64,000 nucleotides of DNA from Basidiobolus meristosporus CBS 931.73 (GCA_002104905.1 MCFE01000050.1:124001-188000), one strand, 5' to 3'; counted from the first letter of the stretch, positions 36,897 to 51,501 are shown. Made by a program: numbers and translations. The notes: a model not told the origin generated them from the letters alone.

Positions 36897-37283
36897 CCTT
36901 ACTCACTTGGCCAAAAATCAATGCTTTAATGGCATTTTACTCATCGTTGTAAGTTTGATCTGGACTCCCCTTCTAATCAGAAATGTCGGCCTAACCATAT
37001 TATCTGGCACATCACTGTGATATTAATAAAATTCCACCTCAGATACTGCTCAACTTGTTGATTTGACTTCAATTTTCACCAATCACCAGTCTTCGAGTCA
37101 TTTGGATAAAGAGATGGTGGATGCCCCTTGTCCTGGAGATAGCATTGATGTTTATAGAATTGGTTAATTCCGGTTAATTACGCCTACGATAAATAAATTT
37201 CTCCAAAAATATGATCCAACGTATTACCGTAACTCAATAGTAGACGTCGCTTACCACTTGCACCGTGAAGTAACCGCTAGAAA

Positions 37284-38392
37284 ATGAGCTCAGCACGTAA
37301 TCCCGATATCTCCTCACCACCATTGCTCGATGACGATGACCTGAACGTCGATCTTTCTACCACACCTTCCATGACCATGCCTAGCGTGTCAGGAAACATC
37401 GGATCTGACCCCAACGGCCAAGCTAACCCAAGGAGAACCTTTGAAGATACCCTTGATGAGCCAATCAGCGTAACACTTGTATGTATTCCGAGCAGATTTT
37501 CCAGGTCCATACCCCTTCTCGACGGGAAGCTCCTACGGATGGAATCCCCTTGGGCGTGGGGGCTCCCCAAACTCTGGATGGCACGTTTACTTCGATTGCA
37601 AAACTTATTCCTTCCTTGTTGATATCGTAGATGCGTGATTTGGGGAATATCCAAAAGAAGTGCAAGCAAGTCCTCCTGCCAAAGGGAAGAGAAAATGCCC
37701 TTAAAGAATGTGAGTGCGGCGTTGCGTAGCGTTTATTAGGCGCGTTTCTTTCCTTCACCACCTGGCTGATATGTTCGGTTGTCTAGGGGATCTCTGGGGA
37801 CCGTTGTTGCTATGCTTGGTTTTGGCTATGTATATATTGAACTGTTGAACGCTGTACCCTTGTGAGCGTTACTGACTGCTTTGCTTCATAGTATGCTGAG
37901 TCTGAGAGCACCAAAGGATCAATCAGCGTCAGTGTTCACAGGAATCTTCGTCATTATTTGGTTTGGAGCAGCAGTTGTAACGTTGAATGCTAAGCTACTT
38001 GGTGGCAAAGTGTAGGTGGATGTGGTGGGTTGTGGCGAGTCTTAGTTCATCAGATACTCATTGCGACTACGTTTGCTTGCAGATCGTTCTTCCAAAGCGT
38101 ATGTGTTCTTGGATATTGTGTGTTCCCGCTCGATATTGCCGCCATCCTCTCTTATTTCATCGGTTGGATATTGATCCGTCTCGTGTTTGTTGTTGTGGCA
38201 TTCTGCTGGTCCACCTATGGTAACGTTGCTCAACGATGTTCAAAGCAAGTGCATCTACTTAACTCTTCCCTCTTACGAACAGCTTCCGTTGGCTTCCTCA
38301 GCGACGTTCATTTGAATAACCGTCGTACTCTTGCAGTCTACCCAATCTTCCTATTTTACTTTGTCATCTCATGGATGATCCTTATCTCTTAA
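37284..38392 (+). CDS. YIP4: Yip1-domain Golgi protein (YIP4/YIPF6-like, multi-exon)
   Basis: DTLDEPISVTL; WGPLLLCL; GAAVVTLNAKLLGG; FFQSVCVLGYCVFPL; LAVYPIFLFY. Confidence 0.88.
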
Positions 38393-38589
38393 ACGCTCTT
38401 CTGCTCAGTAGCACAGTATCATCACTAGTAAAGTTGTTTATTGACTATGGTACACCTAGCATCCCTTGCGATGGTAGCCTCCCAAAATAAGGACGATTCC
38501 AGTCCATTTCCATTCTACTTATTAATTCCTTTTTTCCATATAAACAGTGATCAACACTAAACCTTTTACAAATATAAAATGCATCCTAT

Positions 38590-40310
38590 CTATGGCTGCT
38601 CAGTGGATTCTGGCTCACTGGTGCGAGTGTTTCTCAACTCCTCTTCTAACAACTTTTCAGCCTCCAGCATCAACCGTGCTCCAGCATCCGAGTGAGTTCT
38701 GTAGCAAAAGTATAGACAAAGGTTCCGGATTGCCTCCCGTGCCTCCTGGTCTGAATACAGTCTTTGTTGCCCAATATCACGTGCTGGGTTCAGGCCACAT
38801 GTGTTGATAGCGTGTTGGAATGATTGAGTAGTTGTCTGCAAGGCTGCTGGATCCTCACTATCTGCATTACTGGTGGCTGATGAATCATGAGGCTCGCTGA
38901 CAACATGGTGATTGTCCAAAATCAGAGGGCATTGCTGATTGCTTGTCTCGGGACACTCAGGCAGTGCCAAGAAGGCGGCATATGTGGCAGGAGCTACACA
39001 TTTCAGGCGATCCAGAATGGCTTGCGTGTCCACGGAAATGGAATCCATTGATGGTAGCTGGAGAACGCTACGAGAAGATCCTTGTTGTTGTGATACAATC
39101 TTGGTAACATTCCAAGAATCTTGGATTACAGCGGTCGATAGTCCATGCCATGATTGGGTAACTAACATCAGTGCGTCGATAAGATCTAGACGAATAATCG
39201 ACTGAGTACAATCCATTGCAGCCAGCTGAGCAAGCCGTGATACAATGGAGTGCTTGAAACGTGCCCGGAAATCCCTCAAAATCCCGGACTTCATAGGGGT
39301 TATTGTCATATCGGATGGCAAGAATTGAATCTGAATATGTCGTAGATGACACTTCTCTGCTGTTGTACGGTGCTCTTCTTCTAGAATAAGGGCGACATTT
39401 CGGCTGGCTGTGCGGTCCTCAAACCATCGAAGCCATCTAGTATGAGAGCATAGGTTACAACCTCATTGATGAACAGTTTAATGGCCATGAAAACTAGCCT
39501 TTGGAAAGTTTGATCAGTTAATTGAGCGAGCGGATGGAACTCGTATTGGATATCTGACGGAAGTGCGCGGGTAGTGTGGCGTTGACCAACTACCATAGGA
39601 AGGGTCATATCGCTGCCGTCAGCATTGCAGCAAAGTAGCGCCAGAAGACTCTCCTTGTTGTCGCCTGGATATTCTACTTCAGTGGCGGCTAAATTGCTGT
39701 GACTGTTGAGCTTTTGAGAATCCAAAGCAGTGAGCTCCAGTAAATCTTACCTGTAATACAGCTTCGTAGCAGCAAATGAATAAACATCCTGCAACTTAAA
39801 GCCCGATAAAGATGCTTGCAGCTCAGCTATTGCAGTTGGGACGAGGTCTCTTTTGGCTACACGACTCCCGCGTGTTGTGGTGCTTTGGCGGAGGCCATTG
39901 CGTTTTTTGAACCTGTCGACCCAGCCGTTGGAAAAAGATAATGCCCCCTCCGGAAGTTGAAGTTCGTGAGCAATTTTCTGCGCTTTTGCTATGATCATTC
40001 TATCGCTGATATTGGAATCGGTGGTTTGCATATACAGACACCAATCCTTCAACAAGCTATCTAATTCAGGATATTTCACTCCTCGTAAGCGCTTCGCATC
40101 CAGGTTATAGCCTCCGTGCATATACTCGTCTCGTCGTTTCAGCACCTTGGAGACGGTTGACCGATCGATCAGGACATCGAACTCATCTTCCACCCATTTG
40201 GACAACCGCGACTGTGTCCAAGAAGGATTTTCCTCTGCCTGGCGACACAAGCTTTGGCGCTGCTCAATAGATAAGGAGCCGTTTCTCCCACCCGACTTCG
40301 TGGCTCGCAT
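38590..40310 (-). CDS. Pogo/Tc5-derived CENP-B/Pdc2-like DNA-binding protein with degenerate DDE domain (probably domesticated)
   Basis: Two HTH motifs (QSRLSKWVEDEFDVLIDRSTVSKVLK; KYPELDSLLKDW..FSNGWVDRFKKRNG) and DDE_1-like LCCNADGSD. Two introns. No TIRs seen and CpG content is normal. Confidence 0.85.
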
Positions 40311-40978
40311 GACAAAACCGTAGCGAATTCTTGGTTAGTGGGTATCCGCTGGAACGATCGATTTCTATACGGCCAGTGCAAAAAGTGACAACAGCAAAGC
40401 CTAATACTCCACTCCTCCCACCTCCCTCCTGGCTTGGTATTGTTCACAAGTTAAGCAAATCATAAGCAGATTTAGCTAGACGAATAGGAGATCAGCATAC
40501 CAGGGGGGATGTTTTGGCCAATCACTCCTTCTAAGCTTAATTTGCCATTGTTATCCCCCTTTAGCGACTTCTAATTGATTGGACAAAAGGTACTGCTCAT
40601 TCCCAACTTGTTGCATGGCCAATTAATTGAGTTGCTTTTGTAGTTAATGCTCTCTGCCCTTAACTCCCCAACAAGCATGGTTTCCAGTAGCCCTCCGAGT
40701 GAAATTACCCCACTTCCTCAACCCGAGTGCAATGCTCTCACCAATCAGTTGATGCAATGGGCCTCCCCTGACACAGAATAATACCCCTCTCACCCGTTAT
40801 ACCCGAGCATCAACATGCTCTTATTTCATGCTCCAGGGTACTCAAAAGGTAGGCTCGAACGTATGTGAAACCGTATCGATTCTTATTAAGTCTGGCTTAG
40901 TCTTTCCCATAGCTCCCCAATTCAATCCTCTGCCTCCTATATTCTTCGTCAGAGCTTCAGTCCTATTACCCACACAAA

Positions 40979-43126
40979 ATGGCCACTAAAGCAAGCACTC
41001 TCTCCGGCCTCGACTCTGCTACGTTAGCTGCTCTCTCTAAGACTCCCACTGTCCCTTCTTTCTCTGAAACTCGCCTTTATGTTCGTACCATCCCAGTCAC
41101 CGCAACGTTAGATGACTTGAAGTTGATGTTCAAAACCACTCCCCCCAAAAGGTGAGTCTATGCCACTCAGCATATCTTGACATGTTACTCTTTCTTAACT
41201 CAGCGTCATCTAGCTTCCGAGTTGCCCATTCCAACTCGCTGGTTGGTTGTATGCTAGAGTTCTTTAATCCAGGAGAAGGTATGTTTACGCTAGTTACGCC
41301 AGTGCAGTGGTTTGTTTAACCTAATACGAATACCTTTCCAGCTGAAAGAGCTTTCGCCACCATGAATAATACATACATGAAAGCCCATAAGGGACTCATG
41401 GGGTTGACTTATTTCGACCCCAACTCTGGCAAAATCGAACAAGAGCCTCCTTGCCAAACCATCATGGTGAAGCATGTCGCACCCGAGGCTGACGAAGTGT
41501 CTATTTACAACATGTTCCGTGAGATTGGCCACATCTACTTGTGCAAGCTCGGAATGGACGAAAACGGGACATTCCGTGGATTTGGACTGATTCAGTATTG
41601 GAGCCCAGATGATACCAATACCGCATATGAAAGAATGGTTTGTTGAAGCAAATGAGGATCCACATTGTGTTTTACTAATTGTTGTTTTCTTGTAGAACGG
41701 CGCAGAGTATAAAGGCTCAACTATGTATGTATCAAATCTGATAGCTCCATGATCAACGCTAATATCCTGTTCTACTTCTCACAGCACCTTGACCCAATAC
41801 GTCCCTCGTGACAAGAAGACTGGCAAGACCCCAACTAGCTCTCTAAAGGTTGGGTCGGTTGGTGGCAGTATGCGGGGTCGTCCGGGCCTTTCGTTCGATC
41901 TATTCACTCCTCCTAGCCAGAGTAGTACCAAAGATCTTGGATCACAAGCCTCAGAATACGCAGTGGCTGATCCCACTCCACTGAATGGAAACAGCAATGG
42001 CGCTAGCCTAAATCAAACCGATGCATTCGATGTCAACGACCTCAAAAGCGCTGGCCTCGATCCCTGTAATTTATATATCAAGAATCTTGATCCCTCTATC
42101 AAGAGTTCGGATCTGTTCTATGAGTTCCACAACTTTGGGCACATCATCAGTGCACGTGTGATGATGGATGAGGCCACCTTCAAGTCCAAAGGCTTCGGCT
42201 TCGTCAGTTTCCGAAATGCCGACGACGCAGCTAGAGCAATGTTCGAGATGGACGGTCGCCCTATCCGTTCTAAGCCCATCACTGTATGCATTGCTGAGCC
42301 CAAAAAGATCCGTGAGGCCCGCTTAGCTGCCACCTTCGGTAGTGATTCATCCACCGGTCGGGTGAGCGACAGCGACGCTGGGGGTTTCGTTGGAAACGAG
42401 GTCCAACTTAACCCATCACTTCTTGCATCTCTCAGTCTTGCAACCAGAAATGGTATTCTTAGTACGCGGTTGAACTCTCAGTTGAAGAAGATTCAATCTA
42501 TCCCGGAACAGGACCATGCTAAAATCATCGATGCTTTGCTCACTCTCAAGATAGATGATGTTGTTCTTTTGATCTCGTACCCTAAGGCTTTGGAGGAGAA
42601 GGCTGTGGAAGTACGCATCAAGCTTTCCAATGGCAGCTGGTCTTCAAATCAGCAAGATTTGGCCGAATCATTTGGTCCAGATGCTGAAAAGCAAAAAGTC
42701 CGACAGCTGGTCACATCCGTTCAAAAAGATCATGTTGACGAGATCACTGACTTGTTGCTCGGCTTGTCCAACTTCGAACGTGCTCAAGTGATCTTCAACC
42801 CCGAGTATCTTTCCCAGAAAGTATCTGAGGCCAAGAGTGCTTTGAACCTGACCCAAGCCAGTGATGCTTCTCAGAACTCTTCAACCGATACCAAGTTCCC
42901 CCTCTCTCCGGAGAATGAGAAGTTTGTATCCGAGTTGAATGGCAAACCAGAGTCTGAGCGCAAACAGAAACTGGGCTCCAAGCTTTTCCCCGTCGTGAAG
43001 AGCCTTGGAATTCCCGAGCCATCCAAGGTGACCGTGAGACTGTTGGACTCTCTTGCAACCCGTGAATTAGTATACCTTCTTAATGAGCCCGCTCAACTAT
43101 CCACCAAGATCAGTTTGCTCAAGTAA
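40979..43126 (+). CDS. RRM4: Rrm4-like RNA-binding protein (3 RRM + 3 MLLE)
   Basis: RRM3 DPCNLYIKNLDPSIKSSDLFYEFHNFGHIISARVM..KGFGFVSF..IAEPKKIRE resembles Ustilago Rrm4. Three MLLE-like helical repeats end in ERKQKLGSKLFPVVK..SKVTVRLLD. Confidence 0.8.
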
Positions 43127-43482
43127 ATTTGAAATTCATCCTTGTCCTATACAAAACCTTACTTGAAATATATATTTCTTTTCCTTCGCTCCATACTCTT
43201 AGTTACCCGGTTATTCTGCTTCTAAATATCTCTTCAATATGATGTTCACCACCTATGTATTCATCCGATGTCCTTATCTGTGCTCTTGGCTAATCCACAA
43301 TTTGAGCACTGCATGAGGGATTTTGGAATGTTTAATATTGGTTAGATAATTTAGATGATAATAGCTTGATTAAAATGTGTGAATAGTTTGGAAAGTCTGT
43401 AGAAGGGATATATACATTGGGTAGGAGGCGGTTTTTTTAAAAGCAATGGCCGGCCTGTGAAGTCAGTTATAGTGTGCTTATA

Positions 43483-46400
43483 TCATATCCCAGTATTCAA
43501 ATCTTGGACGAACTTGAGGCTATGGGTCTTTGCAACGGAAAGGAGCAGAGGCATGTCCGACTCTTTGAGACTTCATATATTGACATTAGCTGATTAGCTC
43601 GTTTCCGCGAGATTTAGAAGCTACAAAATTCTCATACCTCACAATCGAACCAAGAGTTTTCTGATCAAATGTTCGATCCATCTCTTGACCATCCAGAAAT
43701 TCAGCCACCACCCGGCTTTTCAAATACAATTCTTGAAGCATATCTTCGAAATATCTAGCACACTACGGTAAGGAGTTTAGATGTTGCTCATTATTCAGCA
43801 CAAAATGGAAACCACGTACAGATTCGGCAGGGATACCAAGTCGGAACAGGTGCTGAACCTGGGTAAGCATCTGACGAATGAAATCTGAAGGCAACACGCG
43901 CTGGATGGAAACGCCTTTTTTGGGAGTGAAGTTATCTTCGAACCCTGAATCAAACAACTGTGGCTTTGGTGAATAATCGACCAAGTTGCATTGCCTGTTG
44001 AATGTTGATTTTAGTCTACGATCTCACCGAAGTTCATCGCACGATCCTTACCAAGTATTGGTGTCAGCAATGACACAGCTTGATTGCGAAATGGGCCCAT
44101 CCACATGGAACTATAACCTCGACATTAAACACCGACTCAGATGCTTATGTAGATTCACACGTAATCTTTACCTGTACGGAATCTTTTAGATCATTCTCCA
44201 ACTCGTCCAAAAAATCAAATCTTGGAAGCCCCATCAGCACGAATTCCGGCATATACTTTGAGCAGTAGCCAACCATCATTGATCGGCCGAAGCTCTTTGT
44301 GAATAACCGATCTGGTCTCGTTTCCTTGCATTGCTCAGATGGGTCCGAGAATTCAGCATCTGGGATTTGAGCAACCATTTGCGACTCGATCATTGGGATC
44401 TCAACAAACCCATCGGGCTTCAATGGAAGGCCATCATTACCGGTCATTTCGCCATCGACTATAAAGCTTTTGGGTCCGACTCTTGCCTTACTAACCGGGA
44501 TTGTGCCCCCGCTATTCAATGACTTTGTCTTCTCTGAACCTGTCTGAGTGAGAAGTTGCTTCAGTCACCTGGCTGACTTGGTGTCTTGTATCCAGTGTTG
44601 CTAGGTTCGGTGCTTTTTGGAAGTTGCCATCGAACTCTGTAGGTGAGGAAGACAGATTCGTGCTCAAAAGCTGATTTCGCACTAAATGATAGCACTCTCC
44701 ATTCGCCGGTCTGCCGTCTACAGGGAGTTTCTGGTTCGCTTCGCTTGAAAGCCTGTTGGTCAGTTGCTTGAGGAATGTCAGAATACTCCGAAAAGGAACT
44801 AATATCATCGGCCGAAAGCTCTTCGACATTTTCAAAAACCTCATTACATCTCAGCAGATAACTGAGAATATAGAGTAGACGCTTCACAAAGGTAGCACTA
44901 GTTCCTACAACAATCACTCTACAAAGCCTTGATGGACTTCCGGTATTCCCATACAGATCACTATACATTACGATTATAGAATCAGAATACGCGCTTCTAC
45001 TCTACAACAGGATTGCTTATATATACCTGTATTGTGCCCAGAGTGGATTATACGATAGGCCGGCGCTGCCAAGTGCGTGGCTCTAGAAACCATGTTAGCA
45101 ACAGTTAAGATATGAGCGCCATTTGTACGAGATATGGATGGAGAACTGACTGTTTCGAAGATTTTAAGATCGTCCGAGCCAGGAGGAGTAACGGTTGGCA
45201 CCCAAGAAAGGTGGTTTGACAGTACAGCTGTAAATAGGGTGGAAATGAAACTAATTTCGAAGAGTGAAAGATTTACAATATGCATTTAAATCAACAAGTT
45301 CATCGAAGCGGTTGAAATGGATACTGGTTGTATTTTGGTGTTTCGAATTTATCCAGTATGTCAGTTAGCTCGGAAACGAACGATTGATAGTACGTTGTGC
45401 TATTATGAGGGTAAGTATGGAGATTCAGCCAAAGCGGAGTCTAAAATGTTGTATTAGCCTATGTCTGTTGTGTACCAATGCCTTGTTCCCAAGCACAACC
45501 CACCTGAAGTCTAGGAGTCTGATAGAGATCGCATATATCCTGGATAAACTTGGATACGGCTTCGTTCAGCGTATTCTCGTGCTGCAAGCTGTATGGAGCT
45601 AGAGATGCCAAGGTTGATCCGCCTTTGTGTGGATACATCTACCCTCTAAATTAGATAAATATATTCGTTGTATAAGAATGCACTCCATAAACTTACAGGA
45701 TTCTGAGGATTCATTTGTGCTTTCAGTATGTGCTTTCTAAGTAGTGGACATAACAGGCTCATAACGACGCCATGTAACTTATGCAACCGAGCCTCCAGGA
45801 GTGAAAAGTGGGAAAAGAGGTATTCTTTGAGGGATTGATTACCCTCGAGGGATATGACAACGCCAATAGAATACATAATAGAGCGTGAGCTGTGTTTCAA
45901 TACACTCTATAAGAGTGTGTCAAAATTGATAAGACGATCATGCGTTGGAATTGATAATCAATACAAACCGATGTTCCAAAGAATGATTTCCCAGGCAATG
46001 GGGTTGGATTGAACACACCATTTTCTATACTCGTTTGGCTTGACCTCCACAGTCGTCTATCTTTATACGAATTGCTCACAGAGGAATTAAGGCTTTGACT
46101 TGGAGTATCTCGGAAGTTTTTAGCGGTAGGGATACCGGTGGGGTAGGCTCGGAGAGTAGGATCCTCCTCACTATTGCTTTCTTCCACAGAAAAAATGCTC
46201 GAGGAGAGGCTGCCTTGGTGCGAGTGGTTTTCAAGACCTTTGCTTAACCCAACATTGATTCCATTTCTGTTCGTGGGATTATTATTCCAGTGATCATTAT
46301 TTGCGGTGTTCCAGGATTCAATTGAAATGTCACTACATTCTGACGCGATAGACATTGATCGATTTGGCTTTCCAGATAATTGCTCTAAATCTCCGGTGTT

Positions 46401-47103
46401 GATAGAGAACAACTTTGTCAATAAAATTTGAGGCTTCTCTCCTTTAGTGAGATGTATTTTTGTGGTCATCCCTTTATAGGATAAAGGGACAGCACCAAAC
46501 ATCATCTCGCCTATTACATCCAGATTATAGCCTAACTGTGAGCCAAAATTAATAAGTCAACTAGAGTGATTGGCAGCACGGTTCATTGTTCCACCCCTTA
46601 CCTTCTTATGAGAGGATGTAGAGGGAGTACATCCAGTTGAAGAGACGCTATTAAGAGAGCTTCTCTTTGAACGAGGTCGGGTCAAGAACAGGCCGCCATC
46701 AGACCAGGAAGAGCTCAATATATTACGTTTAGCTGAGGGTGTGGTTTCAGTTGTTGAGTCCTCGCGAGCGAGACTGGTATCCAATAGCGGTAGCTTTCGT
46801 TTATCACCACTGTCTTGACACACCAGGACTCTAATTTGGTGAGGCTCGAAGGGTATTGGAGACCAGCTTTTCGTTGAATTCCAATATTCGATTCGGCAGA
46901 ATATACGAGAAATGGTGGGAAAAGTAATAGAAAATCAGTGACTGAATAAAAATAAAGCTCAAAGCAAAATTTATTGCATAAAACTTAAGCTTGAGCTATC
47001 ACACTTTTCGATTGAGAAAGTACCTCGTGGGTTCTAACAACGCATCGATGTTCTTTTCCTGAGATTGTTTGAGAGAGTGCTTCCGAAATAATTTTTGTAA
47101 CAT
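43483..47103 (-). CDS. FNIP1: Folliculin-interacting protein (FNIP/Lst4 family, multi-exon)
   Basis: IRVLVCQDSG; MMFGAVPLSYKGMTTKIH; SDLYGNTGSPSRLCRVIVVG..RLLYILSYLLRC; FGRSMMVGYC; ESDMPLLLSVAKTHS. Confidence 0.85.
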
Positions 47104-48617
47104 GTGTAGGACTTTAACGCCGCTTCGTCAAACAACAAAGGTTCATAAAGCCGTCCACCGAAGAACGTGTAGTGTTCCTTTTTCTTTACTAATAATAAGA
47201 TAGTATGGATAGGAAAGTAGAGAGGATAACAAACTTCCAGAAGTGATTTAGCACCCACAAAGAAAAATATATAAATTGAGGGGTTATAAAAAGAACCTGT
47301 AGCAAAGTGCTTCCGTGCAAATAGGCCTAACTTGAAGGGAAAACAAGCACGCACAGGTAGGAAGGGGTAACAAAGAAGGTTCAACAATTGGTTATATGAA
47401 CAGGTAGACCAGGACACTATAAAGGAAAATAAATGGATCAATTACGATAATATGTCGCAGAAAATTTTCAAGTTTCGTGTATAGATATTCATATTCATCA
47501 ACTATTTGATACTCCAGTTTATGCATTTACTCAAAAGATATAAATAGGCCAGCATTGCATAAATGAAAATATCAACATGCACGCGCACTCCGCCCTTTCT
47601 TGCTGTATCAACAGCTGATGAAACAGCTTGTGATTGTAAATTCATATCCAGGAGAGGCAAGGCTGCCCATATAACACGGTTGTTGCATAGGGTTTCGATT
47701 CAGATAAGAAGGGCACTAACCATATCCAAACTTGGAGCTTATCAAGGGAGCTTGTCTAATTTTAGAATGCTTTCCACCAATCCGGTCGGATAAAGAGATC
47801 ATCAGGACAATATTAGGTTAGTAGATTGATTGCGTCTGGTTTGCATATTTGTTCTCTAAACTCCGCTTGAATCCAATAATTAAGCTGACGAACACTCGAT
47901 GGAATCTACTCTCGAATTAACTCACTTGGCTTGCGAAATAATTGCTGTTTCGAGTTTGTACTCTATTATAAATCGTAGTAGTCACGGTGCTCGTGCCTCA
48001 TCTCGATATTCTCTGTTCAATCAGAATGAAGACCTCACAAATCTCCAGCTATACTCTTTCATTACACACACTAACACTGTTTGCCAAGTTGAATAGATAT
48101 CTTCGGTATAGCTGTTTTGCGATATTTGCATGTTTAGCCCACATCAACCGAATAGGCATGTTGTGTTTCACAAGAATGTCTTGTAACAAAATGCTACCTA
48201 ACTTACTATGCGTACAGCAAAGTTGGCTAAAACATCTGGCTTATCTTTGAAGTCACGATGAAAAAGGCTAATCGTGGATAAACCTATTTTGCCAACGCCG
48301 ATCTGTTCAAATACCCAACATATACAAGTTTTATTGTAGAGAACACAAAACTTGGATAGCAGAGCATGAAATATCTCGCTTCTTTCGTGATTACACCTCA
48401 GCTAGCCATGTTGTTTCTTGGTACATTAGTCGTCCGGTTTGAGGGGCCTACAGGAATTCAGGGATCCAGGCAATCCATGTGACTGTTTAGTGAATGATCG
48501 ATAGAGATAGAAGATTTCCATTTGAGACAGCGACCCTTGGGAATACGAAGTAAATTATATTTATAAGCCTCCAACCCACCACAATTTTTGTTTTATCTTT
48601 CCTTACCGTTGGGCCAT

Positions 48618-51501
48618 ATGTCATTTGAGAATCTTCAACAATCAAAAAATCACGTCGCAGTTCAGCTGCCAAAGCCACCAAATCTTACGTCATCACAACA
48701 TGTAAATCTTGAATCCACCAACCCATATGATAACACTGAGATAGACAACGATCAGGGGAATATTATCAATCGTCAAGTAGATGTAAGCAAAGCAAATTAC
48801 AAAGGAAAACACCTTGAGTTTGGTAACAGCTCTGTCGAGGACTGTACCAATAATAACCAAGGTCAAAACCATACATCAGACATTGATGACACCTTCACAG
48901 ATCCAGCTTATGCCCAAGAAGCACTGAACCAACCTTTAGAGGCAAGCTCCTCGATTGACCGTCAAAAGAGAGGTATCTGGACAAACCATCCAGAGCAAGA
49001 TTGTGATCGTAATGAGGATGAACATGCACCACTCCTTGGTGTTTCACAAAGGAGCAGAGCTTCTGGGCTCTCCCTTCGAGAAGGGTTTGCTAGAAGCCTC
49101 TTCTCATATATCTTAACTTCATCGAAAGCGATGGCAAAGCATATAAGGGCTTGGTGGCAGAGGCTTTCCTTCATATGGCGTTGGGTTCTTATTGCACTGA
49201 TTATTTTACTAGCTCAACTGCTTTTGTTTGCTTTGGCAATCAGGCTGGTTAAACCAGGACTAGCTAAAGATATTTTGAAAAGCAGCGAGCTAACGTTTAG
49301 TTCGGCCACTATATCTCATTTTCAGGAGTCTTCATTTCGAGTAATGACTAATGCCTCCATCGCAAATTTCCCCGAGTATTCAGTTACTTCCGAACCCACT
49401 ACCATCAACGTCTTGTACCAGGATAGGCTTATGGGCAAGATCGACATACCAGGGATATCACTTGGTCCCCATTCAAGTTGGTTTATGGTTAATTCAACCA
49501 TGGAGATTCGAGAGCCACATACGATGAATGATTTCATGGATGATCTAATGACCACGGATAACCTCACCTGGAGCTTACAAGGGAATTTGATTTTACACTC
49601 TGATGAATCGAAAACGCAGAATTTTACTTTCACAAAAGATGTGCAGCTGCACGGTCAGTATTGAATCGATGAAATATGCATATCAGAGAGACAAGCCCTG
49701 AATTGTTGACTCGGTATTTAGGTTTGACGACGGTTCGAGACTTGACTATGCCCTTCTTGGATTTATCGGCAAATGACGATGAGGGTGATGTCCGCGTGGA
49801 TGCCGCAATCTCCCTGATCAACCCTTCCAACATGACCGTATTCCTTGAAAATATCCCGTTTGACATGCATTATAATGGTGTAAGGCTTACTCAGCTCCAG
49901 GCAGAGGATGTTACGTTAACACCCGGGGAAAACAGAATGACCATATCCGGGAGGATACACCCCGACTCGGAGCAAGACTATGAGGCTGTATCGGAGTTCG
50001 TGTCACGCTACCTAAGAGGAGAAAGTACAACGGTGCACATCCGTGGATCAGAATCGTCCATTGCTACACCATGGTTAGCGAAAGTCATTCAAAGCATGCA
50101 AGCAACGGCTCCAATCTCCGGATGGTCCACTCCTCCCATTATCACGGAGGCAAGTGTGCAGAATATAAGCAGTGGATTTCTTGGGACTGATTTGGTACCA
50201 GTGATAAGCGGATCATTTCGGGCAAAAATCAAGCGACCCACCTCGTTTCCTATGAAGGTCAGATACCTCACGCAGTTTTCCGAGCTGTGCATTTACCATA
50301 GGGTTGCCGATGAGAAATGCATACCCTTTGCCCGGTTGGCGTTGATGTCCGTTCCGACGGAGAGCACAACAGCGAGCGACTTTGTGACCATCTCAGCAAA
50401 CTTCGATCGAGCCCCTTTGATGCCAATCAAAGACAAAGACACGTTTGAATATGTGGTCAGGCGACTGTTTGCTGATGACGATCTGTCTTTCAAGATCGCC
50501 GGAGCAACATCAATCGTAGTGGACACCATGTGGGGGGCGATGGAGCTGGATCTGCAGGACGTTGAACGAGATTTCTCCATCACAGGTAACTGAAAAGACT
50601 GGGGATGCATATCCCAGGAGTGATATTAATCGTTTTGTTTAATCATCCAGGAATGGCCAACTTCCGGAACCAGCCACCATCCATTACGAAGATGAACCTG
50701 GTCAAGGCCAAATCTGAACTTGCGTTTGAATTGGAAGTGAGCCTGTACAACCCAGGTAACTTCACATCAAGCTGGGGACCACTGATGTTTGACTTGGTAT
50801 TAGAAGGCACGCACATCGGACAGGTGCTGATACCAGATTTCCGGATCAAGCCTGGAGAAAACCGTATTCCCTGCGTTGGCCACCTGTTTACTTCTGGTAA
50901 CGACCAAGTCAACCATGCGATCCGGTCAATACTCAGCAGCTACATTTCAGGTAAGCTAATTTCCGACATCATTCACAAGCTCACCTAACGATTCCCATCA
51001 GGCTCAGAAACCGCTCTCAGCATTGCTGGCAATGAATATACCACGGAGATTCCGCGTTTATCCAACTGGTTCAAGAATTTTACCAGCGTCGTATCGATAC
51101 CTGGAGCTTCTGAGAGTTTGGTAGCAGACTCGGTGTTCCACATGATCTTCGTCAGTTTTACTACCCACATTCTAAATCCTATGCAGCAAGTGCCCTTAAC
51201 AATCAATTACATCAATGCAACGCTCTCTGCGGAAGAGCAATCAATTGCCAGAATTGAGGCAAATCTCCAAAATTCGTGGTGGCTGTCGCCCATGACCATA
51301 CCTCCGGGCGAATTTCAGCGCACCCCCAGACTTCCACTACTCTTCAACCCCGCTGGGTACAAATTCCTTAGGGAATCGGGAAAGAGGACCGTAGAGGTTG
51401 ATATGGTTGGCCATGTATTGGTGGTCGTTAACGAGGTTCAGATGTTACTAGAGTTTCAAGAAAAAGGCATTCCCGTTTTGATAGATGCAAGATTTTTGTA
51501 G
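48618..51501 (+). CDS. Single-pass membrane protein with repeated DUF3712/LEA2-like beta domains (Tag1-like)
   Basis: Acidic dileucine-like DEHAPLL, one TM (WRWVLIALIILLAQLLLFALAI), then repeated beta-rich units (e.g. ISLINPSNMTVFLENIPFDMHYNG; VSLYNPGNFTSSWGPLMFDLVLEG). Confidence 0.7.
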
